Positions 1 through 9,350 of a DNA stretch of 11,315 bases are shown here, in pieces (position 1 is the stretch's first letter; every line of letters begins with the position of its first letter). A program made the position numbers and the translations under genes. The notes beneath the pieces were generated by a model, which saw nothing but the letters and a program-made list of their open reading frames with translations, did not search any database and was not told where the DNA came from. Origin of the DNA: Paraspadella gotoi (Eukaryota > Animalia > Chaetognatha); the NCBI GenBank assembly GCA_051294375.1, contig JBJCIZ010001439.1, forward strand, positions 1 to 11,315, in the 5' to 3' direction.

Positions 1-66
1 TGTCACGTGAGATCGTGTCACGTGACATCGACTCCTACCGCGTGACAATGGCTCGCTTCACGTGAC
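1..66. promoter_or_regulatory. Cluster of three TCACGTGA E-box (USF/MiT-TFE 'CLEAR'-like) palindromes
   Basis: TCACGTGA at 3-10, 18-25 (inside the 12-bp palindrome TGTCACGTGACA, 16-27) and 58-65, plus a variant CGCGTGAC at 39-46. The motifs are seen directly; regulatory function is inferred. Confidence 0.5.
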
Positions 67-149
67 CAAATCGTGGGACTCGTCACGGAGCGTTTCCCCG
101 TTTGATGCACGGGGCGTCGGAACGTAAATGTCTCTCGTTGAAAAGATCT

Positions 150-224
150 AGAAAGAGAAGGAGAGAGAGAAACTGGAGAGAAAGAGAGAGAGAGAGAGAG
201 AAACTGGAGAGAAAGAAAGAGAGA
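150..224. repeat. (GA)n microsatellite containing a 25-bp direct repeat
   Basis: GAGAGAGAGAAACTGGAGAGAAAGA occurs at 161-185 and 192-216 within a polypurine tract. Confidence 0.9.
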
Positions 225-297
225 TTAAAAAAAGACGTTTTTGACAATTCAAATTGACGATAAACGCATAAATGACTTACATGACAACAGTAAACAA

Positions 298-587
298 NNN
301 NNNNNNNNNNNNNNNNNNNNNNNNNNNNNNNNNNNNNNNNNNNNNNNNNNNNNNNNNNNNNNNNNNNNNNNNNNNNNNNNNNNNNNNNNNNNNNNNNNNN
401 NNNNNNNNNNNNNNNNNNNNNNNNNNNNNNNNNNNNNNNNNNNNNNNNNNNNNNNNNNNNNNNNNNNNNNNNNNNNNNNNNNNNNNNNNNNNNNNNNNNN
501 NNNNNNNNNNNNNNNNNNNNNNNNNNNNNNNNNNNNNNNNNNNNNNNNNNNNNNNNNNNNNNNNNNNNNNNNNNNNNNNNNNNNNNA
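298..587. other. Assembly gap (290 N)
   Basis: Run of N. The ORFs 241..648, 272..739 and 277..705 exist only by reading through it. Confidence 0.99.
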
Positions 588-1174
588 AAAAAAAAAGCAA
601 AGATTTTCCCTCGATCTCAGTTATTTCCGGCATGGACCGCGAATCTAGGGTGACGCCGGCGTCGTTGCGTCGCCGCACCGGTTCGAGGAAGTCTCGATTT
701 GTCAAGAGTCGAAATCTCTACAGCTCTCGACGACAATAACGCCGCCGACGTTGCCGCCGCCGCCGCCGCCACCGTCGACGAAGACGACCATCGCCTCGGC
801 GAGGATGAATATACTCTTACAAGGAGGACGAAGGACTGGAAAAAGTGCCCCCCCGCGGTTTGCCGACCTTTGCCCGAGACTCGTTTGCATTTTTAACGCG
901 AGCGCCTAAAAAAATGGGAGAGGGGGTTGGGGGGGGGGATGATTTCGGATAGGGGATGTATGAAAAAGGATGCAGAAAAAGAATACAGAATAAAGGTAAA
1001 GATAAAAGGAAAGAAAAGACTAAGAGAGAGATAAAATGAGATTAATCTAAGGAGGAAAATGTGGACTGAAAGAGGAAATAAAATAAGAAACGAGGAGAAA
1101 ACTCTCATAGAAAAGCGTTATAAAAACACCAAAGGTTTTGAAGAAGAAATAATGTGAAAAAACAAATTTGTATT

Positions 1175-1490
1175 AGGAACCCGGCCCTCTCGCAAGATTC
1201 CCGCTCGCAATCGGGGTCGACCCAGCGTCCTGACGAGAGAACAATTTGTGACAAAATCCTTATGACTCCTTGCACTACGTAAGGTGCATAGGGAATACAG
1301 GCCAGATCGCTGATGCATCCCTTGCTTGTGGGCGTAAACCCAGTGCCCCCGAATCATATCGCCTGCGGCGGCGGATTTACGCCGACTGAGTGTAGTTGTG
1401 TCTCACCTGTAAGCCCGTGTGATTGAAGCAATCCCCGAAATCGCAGGTACACTTTCGGTATCACTTGTGTCTTTCCGAACTTTTGCAAGG
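1175..1490 (-). other. Possible Cys-rich coding exon(s), frameshifted; product unknown
   Basis: High-complexity island between tracts that are pyrimidine-rich on the minus strand. Minus-strand fragments read KCTCDFGDCFNHTG (~1454-1413), GCISDLACIPY (~1320-1288) and WVDPDCERESC (~1224-1192), but they do not form one open frame. Confidence 0.25.
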
Positions 1491-2030
1491 GAAAATATCA
1501 CGAGGGAAAAGAAAGAAAGAAATTGGATGAACAATAGCAAACGACCACGAGAGAGGTAAAACGAGAGCCGACGTTTCTTTCAGAAAGAAAGTAATGAATA
1601 TGATAGAGGGCCAAAGTGTTGGGAACCACCGCCCAAGGAAGAGCTACCGGAGAAAGAAGAACCGAAAAGTTAAGTTTAGGAAGATTCCTCAATGTTTCAC
1701 CCCCTTTATAGCACGAATGCGTGTCCACAAAGGGGGAATCTCGAAAAAATCGACGGACGAAAAGCCAAAGTTTGGAGAAAGCACACAATGCGAGCATATC
1801 CGCCGAACTGAACCAGCGGACTAGAGCCGGCCAATGAACGGAAGAAAAAGAAACGGAGAAATGGCCGGGCGGGACCGTCGGGCGGTTGGAGAATCCCCCA
1901 CAGTTTATAGAAAAATCCGTTTTTGAAAGGAAGAAATCCAGGAGAGGAGACGGGCGGAACAAAGAAATGAAAAAGAAGAAAGAACGAACAAACACGGAGT
2001 AACTTGTTTGTTATATTTTGTTTCCACTAG

Positions 2031-2239
2031 ACTATAATTTGTCCGTCTGGGGTGTTCTAACAAAGCCGCCCAGAACACGCTCGGTAACGCTCGCCGGAAC
2101 GAAAGACTCGGACAAACCAGAAAGGCCTTGGCCCCCGGCCAAGTCGGGGGCTCGCCACCCGCGGCAGAGATACTTCTCCTTGCAGAGCAATGGGAGAACC
2201 GAATATTACGAAAAAGTCGGGGAAGATGATATTTATCCT
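2031..2239 (+). CDS. Exon encoding the N-terminal half of a pleckstrin-homology (PH)-like domain
   Basis: Acceptor TTTTGTTTCCACTAG (AG at 2029-2030) and donor GTAAGA at 2240. The frame is open throughout: VWGVLTKPP (beta1-like G-x-L-x-K, 2045-2071) and RQRYFSLQSNGRTEYYEK (2162-2215), matching the PH pattern R-R-[YW]-F-x-L ... L-x-Y-Y-x-K. Confidence 0.6.
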
Positions 2240-2311
2240 GTAAGAAAAGTACTACCCAATGTGTTTTTTTTTTCGAATGTCCCCGAGATCTTCTTCCTAA
2301 AAAAACCTTAG

Positions 2312-2459
2312 CGAGGGGATGGCACGGAGTAATCGGAATGTCGCATGCTGCACTTTTCCTCGATCCACCAACTTCTCCTGCAGAACGCTCCTCGTGAACA
2401 ATCGTTTAAATCCCAACGACTTATTTTTCTTTGAAACGCCAGAGAAGCGAGAGCCAATG
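2312..2459 (+). CDS. Probable second PH-domain exon (C-terminal half), interrupted by indels
   Basis: AG at 2310-2311 after a 72-bp GT-AG interval. One frame gives WHGVIGMSHAALFLD (G-x-I-x-L-like, from 2320) and another gives LLVNNRLNPNDLFFFETPEKRE (2388-2453), resembling beta6-beta7 plus the 'ETxEERExW' helix. At least two frameshifts are needed, and the invariant Trp is not readable (GAGCCAATGA then poly-A). Confidence 0.4.
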
Positions 2460-3024
2460 AAAAAAAAAAAAAAATCTTAATGAGTAAGACCCCGCGAGAG
2501 AAACACCACCCCAAGGAAATCCGAAAGTGTCTGCCGACCGTAGGCAGACTCAACCGTATACTCCTTAGTCTCCGGATCATCTTTTGCCTATTTCGAACCT
2601 GTCGGTCCGTACCCGCTTTTTCGATATTGGAAAAAGGTGGGCCTGATTTTTTTTTTTTTATAGTACTCCTCTCCTCCGTTCATCTCTATTCCTTTTTCTC
2701 TCTTCTCCTGCCCCTTCCTCGAGGTCCCATTTTTTCCGGCGACCGACAGAGGTTTTCTCTCTCTGTCATTTTCCTCTCTCTCTTTCGGTCTCCCATGTTT
2801 ATGTCACCTTCTCCGAAGAGCTACAGGCTGAGAGAGAGAGGAGAAGTTTTTTTCTTCCTTTTTTTTTTCTCTCTCTCTTCTCTCTGTCGCTGCTTTCTAA
2901 ATTTGTCGGCTCAAGGCCAACAATAGTTTCCCTCGCGTCGCTTATTCCCACCTACTCCCGTTTTGACAGTCATGAGCGACAGTCTCGGACACAGAATGAA
3001 AAGTCAAAAGGATTACTGTCGCCC

Positions 3025-3430
3025 TCTCGCTCTCTCTCTCTCTCTCTTCTTCTCTCTCTCGTCTCTCCATCCGCGTTTTCTCACACTCACTCGACATCTC
3101 ACCTCCCTCCCGTTCTGTGTCCCTCCCAGATCCCTTCTCAGCAAACTCCCCGTTCTACAGCCAATATTCCCTGACCCCCGACTCCACCTCCCGCGTCTAG
3201 GATCTGAGTCAACTTCTCCTCTAGTCCATCCTCCCTCCCCGACGCCTCTTCAATCCCCTATCGGGATCCCCTCCATCCGCCACCTCAGCGCCCATACTCC
3301 GACCGTCTCCTCTCCCCCTCTCCCTCCCTCTCTCCCCCCCCCTCCTCTCTCTGTCTCCGGTGTCCAGCTTCCCCTCTCTTACTCTCTCTCTTCTCATTCG
3401 CTCCTTCTCTCTCTTCATTCTCCCTCTCCC
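3025..3430. repeat. CT-rich low-complexity region with imperfect (CT)n blocks
   Basis: (CT)n at ~3025-3068 and ~3305-3430, with C-rich sequence between them. Confidence 0.8.
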
Positions 3431-3611
3431 ATTTCGCAATTTATCTGAAAATTTTCTCGCTCCTTATTAAACTTGTCACGCTTTTTTCGTAATCCTCGTT
3501 CTCTTGAAATTGTTTTTATTTTTGAAACTTCAACATCGACTTTTGTTTTTCCCCGATGTTTGTTTTTGTTCGAGGAGGATTTTCCCTACGCGTTTATTGT
3601 TTTCGTTTTAG

Positions 3612-3766
3612 CCAACGACGACGACGACGACGACGAAAAAGGCGTAATGGACGAATCGAAACATCCAAAGCCCCCGCCCGACCCTTTGACTTACCCGGAT
3701 TCGCTCGACTTAACCAAGCTAAACCGCCGGGGTTTACTCTCGCCGACGACACTTACCGTTCCCTTG
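3612..3766 (+). CDS. Possible exon: acidic run, Pro-rich stretch and Tyr motif
   Basis: Follows the acceptor TTTTCGTTTTAG (AG at 3610-3611). The frame reads NDDDDDDEKGVMDESKHPKPPPDPLTYPDSLDLTKLNRRGLLSPTTLTVPL. The 3' boundary is uncertain. Confidence 0.3.
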
Positions 3767-3790
3767 GTCTTTTTTGTCTGGACAGACAGG

Positions 3791-3811
3791 GAGACGAGAG
3801 AGAGAGAGAGC

Positions 3812-3863
<52 letters not shown>

Positions 3864-3886
3864 AAGAGAGGAGAGAGAAAGAGAGA
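3791..3886. repeat. (GA)n microsatellite, imperfect
   Basis: About 95 bp of near-continuous GA repeats. Confidence 0.95.
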
Positions 3887-4042
3887 GGCGGACGTCGTTT
3901 TTTCTTCATCTGGTCGAAAATCCTGGATTTACCTGTCCGAGCTTTTACAGTTAATCCGCGCTAAGACGGGACCTCTCTTCTTGAAGTCCGAGATGATAGC
4001 CAGAGAAACGATTCGCGCCGATTCGTTCATTACTGTACGATG

Positions 4043-4061
4043 GACGACGACGACGACGACG

Positions 4062-4092
<31 letters not shown>
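4043..4092. repeat. (GAC)n trinucleotide microsatellite, imperfect
   Basis: GAC run with one extra G and one GGC interruption. Confidence 0.9.
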
Positions 4093-4650
4093 GAATCGCT
4101 TAACAAAAGTCAAGTTATGTTTATACCCACCCGAAGGGTGAAGAAGCGGAGACGAACGAGGAATGCAGGTTATGCGGGTTTGAGGTTTGAGGGATTTTGG
4201 ACTCGAGGTCGTGTTGTCGTCGTACGTCGTCGTCATGGTTTTCGTTGTTTTCGTTTCTCTATCCTCAATCGTCGTTTTTGTTTTCCCAATGTTAAACCTC
4301 AATTTTACTTATTCTTTTTCTATCAAAATTAATTTTGATGTTAAATAAATAAATTGTCCTATGAATATTTCTCTTCTGATATCGAAAGTAATACTGGAAA
4401 ATTCAAAACGAGAGATTTTGTCTATAAATATAAAAGCATTGTTCTTTTGGTTCATTCTCATCTTGAAACTCGTCATGTCTCTCTTGTATCTCACAATTCT
4501 TTTTTCTCCCCTTCTATGCAATGATTGCCATCCGCCGCTCAACCTTTCATCTCACCCAACTTCAATATTTTTTCGCTCCGAAACCTCCCGCGTTTTAACT
4601 TTACGCTCCCTTCACCTTCACACCTTTCTCCATACTCGTCTACCCACCTA

Positions 4651-4925
4651 CTCTCTCTCTCTCTCTCTATTTCAGAATTTCATACGAAAATCTTTTTTTT
4701 TTTTTTTTTTTCTTTCTAATTTTTTTCTTTTTTTTCCCTCCTTTTATTCTTTTTCATTTTTTTCAATCCCTTTTTTTTTCGGTTTTCGTTTTTTTATTTC
4801 CTCAATTTCGTCTCTCTATTTCTCTCTCTCGTCTCGTCTCTCCTATCTCTCTCTCTCTCTCTCCTCTCCTCCTCTCTCTCTCTCTCCTCTCTTCTCACCT
4901 CTCTCTCTCTCGCCCTCTCTCTCTT
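4651..4925. repeat. Polypyrimidine region: (CT)n plus poly-T
   Basis: (CT)n at ~4651-4668 and ~4811-4925, with T-runs at ~4691-4800. Confidence 0.9.
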
Positions 4926-5496
4926 CCGTTTCACTTCCCAGGGATCAAAGTTGATCACCGGCATTGAATTTTTGGCCTCTCAACTCGTGGGAAGTCTCGG
5001 CTCTCGTCTCGGCTCCTCGGCCCGGGCCCGAGTCAAAGTGGGGCTGAAAGTGTTCAATTAAAAACCGGAGAACCTCTGACCCGGGAAACTCCGCCTCGGA
5101 CCCAGGGCTTTCTTTCTTTCTGTATTTTTTTCGGGCGTGCGAAGTACAACGCTTTCTTTTTTAATTTTAACCTCTCTCACATACGCGCGCGCACGGACGC
5201 TCGGAGCTTTTGAACTGACAAATCATTTATAAAGCAAGAAGATTGTCTGACCTTCTGGGAGTAGTGGCGCCGCGCATCGTGAACGCTCACAGGTATTTAT
5301 ATTCCATTGGCTTAACCTTCCGAGCCACGCGCCCAAATTCAGTATTTAGGGTTGTTTTTTTAGACTAGCATCGTCGGTAAATATTGGCGCCCGAATTTAT
5401 TGACAGAGACATTTTTATTGTAAAACAACTTTCGTGAACGTTAAATGTACTTACATGGAAAAAACAATAATTTTAAAATATTTTAAAATCATCAAT

Positions 5497-5640
5497 TCTC
5501 TCTCTCGGTTCTCTCTCTCTCTCTCTCTCTTCTCATCTCTCTCTCATCTCTCCGTCTCTCTCTCTCTCTCATCTCTCGTCTCTCTCTCGTCCTCACCCTC
5601 TCTCTCCTCTCTCTCTCTCGTCATCTCCATCTCTCTTTTT
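5497..5640. repeat. (CT)n microsatellite, imperfect
   Basis: About 140 bp of CT repeats with CAT/CGT interruptions. Confidence 0.95.
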
Positions 5641-5820
5641 CCCCTTTTCAATTTCCTCTAAACCTTGCCTTCCGGAATGAAAATAGCCTTTGTTCTTGCA
5701 TTGTCGTTGTCCTTTTTTTTAATTCTTTCTCGTCGGTCGCCGATTTTTTAAATCGAAGAATCAACAAAAGAAAAAAAGCGAAAGTGGTTTATTCTTTGTC
5801 GATGGATTAGAAATGAGAAC

Positions 5821-5844
5821 GACGACGACGACGACGACGACGAC
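5821..5844. repeat. (GAC)8 perfect microsatellite
   Basis: Direct count. Confidence 0.95.
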
Positions 5845-5903
5845 GGGAGAATGAAAAGAATTAATCAAAACGCTTTGAAGTCGCGACGCTCGCGTTGAAT
5901 CGG

Positions 5904-5915
5904 CGTCACGTGACG
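5904..5915. promoter_or_regulatory. 12-bp palindrome CGTCACGTGACG containing an E-box
   Basis: Same GTCACGTGAC core as at 17-26, in a CpG-rich patch. Confidence 0.35.
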
Positions 5916-5968
5916 ACGTCCCAAAACGGGAGCGGAACGCACTCCCTTGTGAATGCCACTTCCCTTTG

Positions 5969-6030
5969 GTGAGTGGAACCGGGCGAATGAGACACCCCTC
6001 TCAACGACTGCCACTCCTTCTTTTTCTCAG
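5969..6030 (+). other. Short spliceosomal intron (62 bp)
   Basis: Consensus donor G|GTGAGT at 5969 and a polypyrimidine acceptor CTCCTTCTTTTTCTCAG|G ending at 6030. Confidence 0.6.
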
Positions 6031-6253
6031 GGTTTTGGACGTGACGATGAAAGCCCTATCAAATGGAAGTTATCAATATTTCCGAATAATAAAAAATGAA
6101 TATGAAATGTTATACTACACGGGCCTGGGAGTGGCAATTGTTTCGAGCAGTGGCAAGATGAGAAAGATGGCAAAAAAATTATCGTTGAAGTGATGGCATT
6201 GGATGCAGGCGATGAAGCACAAGGAACAGATGGGCGCCGTACTTTCTATCGAG
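6031..6253 (+). CDS. Probable exon, FN3/beta-sandwich-like repeat, with two in-frame TGA codons
   Basis: The frame from 6031 reads GFGRDDESPIKWKLSIFPNNKK*I*NVILHGPGSGNCFEQWQDEKDGKKIIVEVMALDAGDEAQGTDGRRTFYR. From recall, this resembles invertebrate FN3-like repeats (W-x-GF-x-D-x-ES-x-I ... G-x-x-Y-x-V-x-V-x-A-x-N-x-AG). Stops are at 6097 and 6103, and there is no clean GT donor (GAG|GGAAAA followed by a T-rich tract). Confidence 0.35.
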
Positions 6254-6564
6254 GGAAAAACCTTTTTTTTCTTTTTTTTTCTTTTTTTTTCTTTTCTACA
6301 TCTAGCTTCTCTCCTTTCTCCCCTTCTCCTTTTCCTTTCTCTTTTTCTCATAACTGCTCACTCTCTCCCAAAGAGACAGACTCTAGAACACGCCCTCTTT
6401 TTCCAGGCGGACGACCTTGAGTCCACCCCAGCCGCCGCCGCCGCCGCGCTGACGACGCCGCCGCCGCCGCCGCAGCCGTCTATGTCTCCAATAGTTTTCG
6501 CATCGATTGGCTTTTGATTGATGGTTATCTTTGATGTGATGAAAGACAAAGAGAATAAGAAAGT

Positions 6565-6692
6565 CAGAGAGAGAGAGAGAGCAGAGAGAGAGAGGAGGAG
6601 ACGAGAGAGAGAGGAGAGAGAGAGAGAGAGATGAGAGAGAGAGAGCAGAGAAGACAAGCGAGAGAGAGAGAAGGGACAGAGCCAGAGAGAGC
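6565..6692. repeat. (GA)n microsatellite, imperfect
   Basis: About 125 bp of GA-dominated sequence. Confidence 0.95.
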
Positions 6693-7422
6693 AAGAATGA
6701 ACAAAGTAGAACGCATAATGAAAATTAAAAATTCAAAATAGATGTTGAAAATTAAAGTGAAGGTTTGTTTCTGAAAGAGTAACAAAACGCATATTTTACC
6801 TTTAGCTCTTATCATTCATTCTCTCTCTCTCGTCACTCGCTCAGAACTTTCTCATCGCTACCTGAACTCGCTTGCGTACATCCCGGCGATCGCCCTACGC
6901 GATCCCTATCCATCACAAAATCTCACTCTCTTTTTTCACCCGCGCCCCGTTTCGCCGCTGCCGCCGCCGCCACGCCGTCTGACGGATGCCCGTCAGACTC
7001 TGCCGCGCTTTGCGCTACATTTTCCCGTTCATTCTCATATAAGATGAGCTCCGCTTTGTGACTCGTCGTCGTGTCGTCGTCGTCGCTGTCGCCTTTTCAT
7101 ATTCCACAACTCGTCGTGATCCAAGTTTCTCTAACCTTTCACACGAGTCGCGCCCGCGAAGTCGTGAAAATCCTTGGAACTGCTTCCAGTTTATCTTTAT
7201 TTTTCCATTCACGATATGTGAAGATTTCACAAGAAGACTGATGAGTCAGTTTGTAGGACGCGGGTGAAGTGAGAAGCAGATTCTTTCAAGACTCAACAAA
7301 TTTGTGATCTCTGAAGTCTTTCTCCTTTTTTTGGCCATCTTAAGGAAGTTAATCATAAATCTTAACTCACCCAGAAAAGAGGATGATATTAATCAAAAGT
7401 TTTTAACCAAGGAAAGAGCGAG

Positions 7423-7676
7423 GTTTATAAAAAATTATATTTCTTATTCATTAAAATTCAGCTCCTGTAATAGTTGTAATTTTGATGCTGGGGCGGAGTA
7501 CAATAATAGTTTCCCGATCTAATACTTAAGGGAGTGGTCTTTTTCATACAATTGAAACCTTTCTTTGAAATATTTATACCACTTCGCTGATAGGGAACGC
7601 TAGGAAACACTGGGGAATGAACTAAACGATACTGTGAGAGATTCTTGATTGAAATCTTGTAAGAGTGTTGGAGGCC
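7423..7676 (+). mobile_element. Dispersed repeat copy A; likely degraded 3' end of a non-LTR retrotransposon ORF2 (CR1/L2-like group)
   Basis: Aligns by eye with 10304-10540, including an identical 25-mer CTAATACTTAAGGGAGTGGTCTTTT (7519-7543 = 10362-10386). Translated fragments VYK (7423-7431), SAPV (7458-7469) and NT*GSGLF (7521-7544) match the order of the LINE ORF2 tail motifs 'VYK...AP.YL...YNLRG'. Confidence 0.55.
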
Positions 7677-7868
7677 AATTCATCATACGTAATAGAAAAA
7701 TTCAGTGAAACGAAGTACATTATTGACGAAGTAAATCTTGATTTGTCGACGATACGGAATCCCAACGACCCATTTTAACTTCCGACTAAAATGTCAGTCG
7801 CAATTCGACGCTTGGAAATTTCCTCACCCTAGAATCACTGGCGCGTCAACAAACAGAGAAGATTAATA

Positions 7869-7869
<1 letters not shown>

Positions 7870-7899
<30 letters not shown>
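7870..7899. repeat. (GAC)10 perfect microsatellite
   Basis: Direct count. Confidence 0.95.
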
Positions 7900-7901
<2 letters not shown>

Positions 7902-9207
7902 TGCTCGCTCGCTTCGACGGGAGGGTTCGACGACGCTCCGTCTATCTCCGGTTTCGCCTCACGTCGTAACGTCTTGACGTAAGTAGATGGACGTTCATCA
8001 GTTTTTGGCCCGAATGACCGTCGATTCGCGTCACCGCACGGAAAACCTTGCGTTCGTCGTCGTTGTTGTGTTTTGGAAGTAGAAACTCTTTCCGGTTGAC
8101 CTACAAATGTATCCGTTGAACGTATTCTCCATCATCTCAATCGTTTCCGACGTCGTAATTGGTGATTTAGTGTCGTTATGTTTGAGGATCGTGACGTCAG
8201 CGTCGGCTATCGTCGTCGCTATCGTCGTCGTCGTTGTCATGGTCGTTCGTTGAAACTAATTACTGTCGTAATCATTGCTTTTATTTGACTTAAGTAGAGA
8301 CTTTTAAGGCGTCATTGGATAATATTCAATTTAGTTTAAATTTCGTTTAAAATTTGATCGTTCGCTATTTTTTTCGTGTTTATATCTCGACCTACTTCCT
8401 TCGTTGCTTATAGTATTTAAACTGTTCTATACTTTTTATTAAATCTTTCATATATTTATAAACTTTTCTTTTTAGGATTTTCCTATCAATCTCTTCCTTT
8501 TATAGTCAAAACTTCTCTTTTCCAATACCGAATCAGATTATTTCTTTTTTTAACTCCATTACTTTCAAAATTCATTTTGCAACCGCTCTTGTCTTTTTTA
8601 ATGTTCTAAATTTTTGTTTTACTTTAACGCCAGATGCTTTGTAAAGTCGGTGGTTTTTTGTAGGCATGTCATTGTCGGCGTTTTCGTTGTATTGATATAC
8701 GTTCCTGAGGTCAGTCTATTCCTCTTTTCAAATTGAACCATTATATTTATGCATGGGTCATAATGTAACCATCAATCCGTCAGATACCTGTCGTCCATCT
8801 GTGTTCTAAAACATTGTCAGGCACACTGAGTTAAAAAATTTTTATTTCTGATTCATCTTCGTCGTCGATTGTCCGATCGTCGTCGTCGTCGTTGTCTCGG
8901 TCATATCGATCGCTAACTCAACGTCACCGACTCCCGCCGCATTCGAGTTTTCTTTCTCTTCCGCTCCTTTGATTTCCCTCTCGGTCGCCGGTCAAGGGCA
9001 GCCGGGGCGTTCGCGTCGTCGTCGCCCTCGTCATGTCGTTGGTTGTTGTTGTTCTTGAAGTCGTCGTCGTCGTCGCTCGTCCTGGACGTCGTATGGGAGT
9101 CGTCCTTTCAATGCGCCCTTTGAGTCCCCCGCCGATAAGAACGGGATGTGATGGGGAAAACAAGCCGCCCCTTGAGGGGAAAGGGAAAAGGAAAGAACTG
9201 AGAAAAA

Positions 9208-9350
9208 CAGAGAGAGAGAGAAGAAGAGAGAGAGAGAGACGAGAGAGAAGAGAGAGAGAGAAGGAGGACGCAGAGAGAGAGAGAGAATGAAGCGAGAAGA
9301 GAGGAGAGACGAGAGAGGAAAGAGAAGAGGAGAGAGAAAGAGGGAGAGAG
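9208..9350. repeat. (GA)n polypurine tract, imperfect
   Basis: About 140 bp of almost pure purine. Confidence 0.95.

Noticed and set aside
241-739. Three long ORFs at the window start
   Set aside because: They are artefacts of translating through the N gap.
1230-1260. CTGACGA hammerhead core motif
   Set aside because: No stem II followed by GAAA.
604-6259. Shared 12-mer ATCGAGGGAAAA (minus at 604-615, plus at 6248-6259), each followed by T-rich sequence
   Set aside because: Similarity does not extend, so it is too short to call terminal inverted repeats.
7238-7265. Hammerhead-like start CTGATGA-GTC...GAC
   Set aside because: The putative stem II is followed by GCGG rather than the essential GAAA, and no stems I/III are evident.
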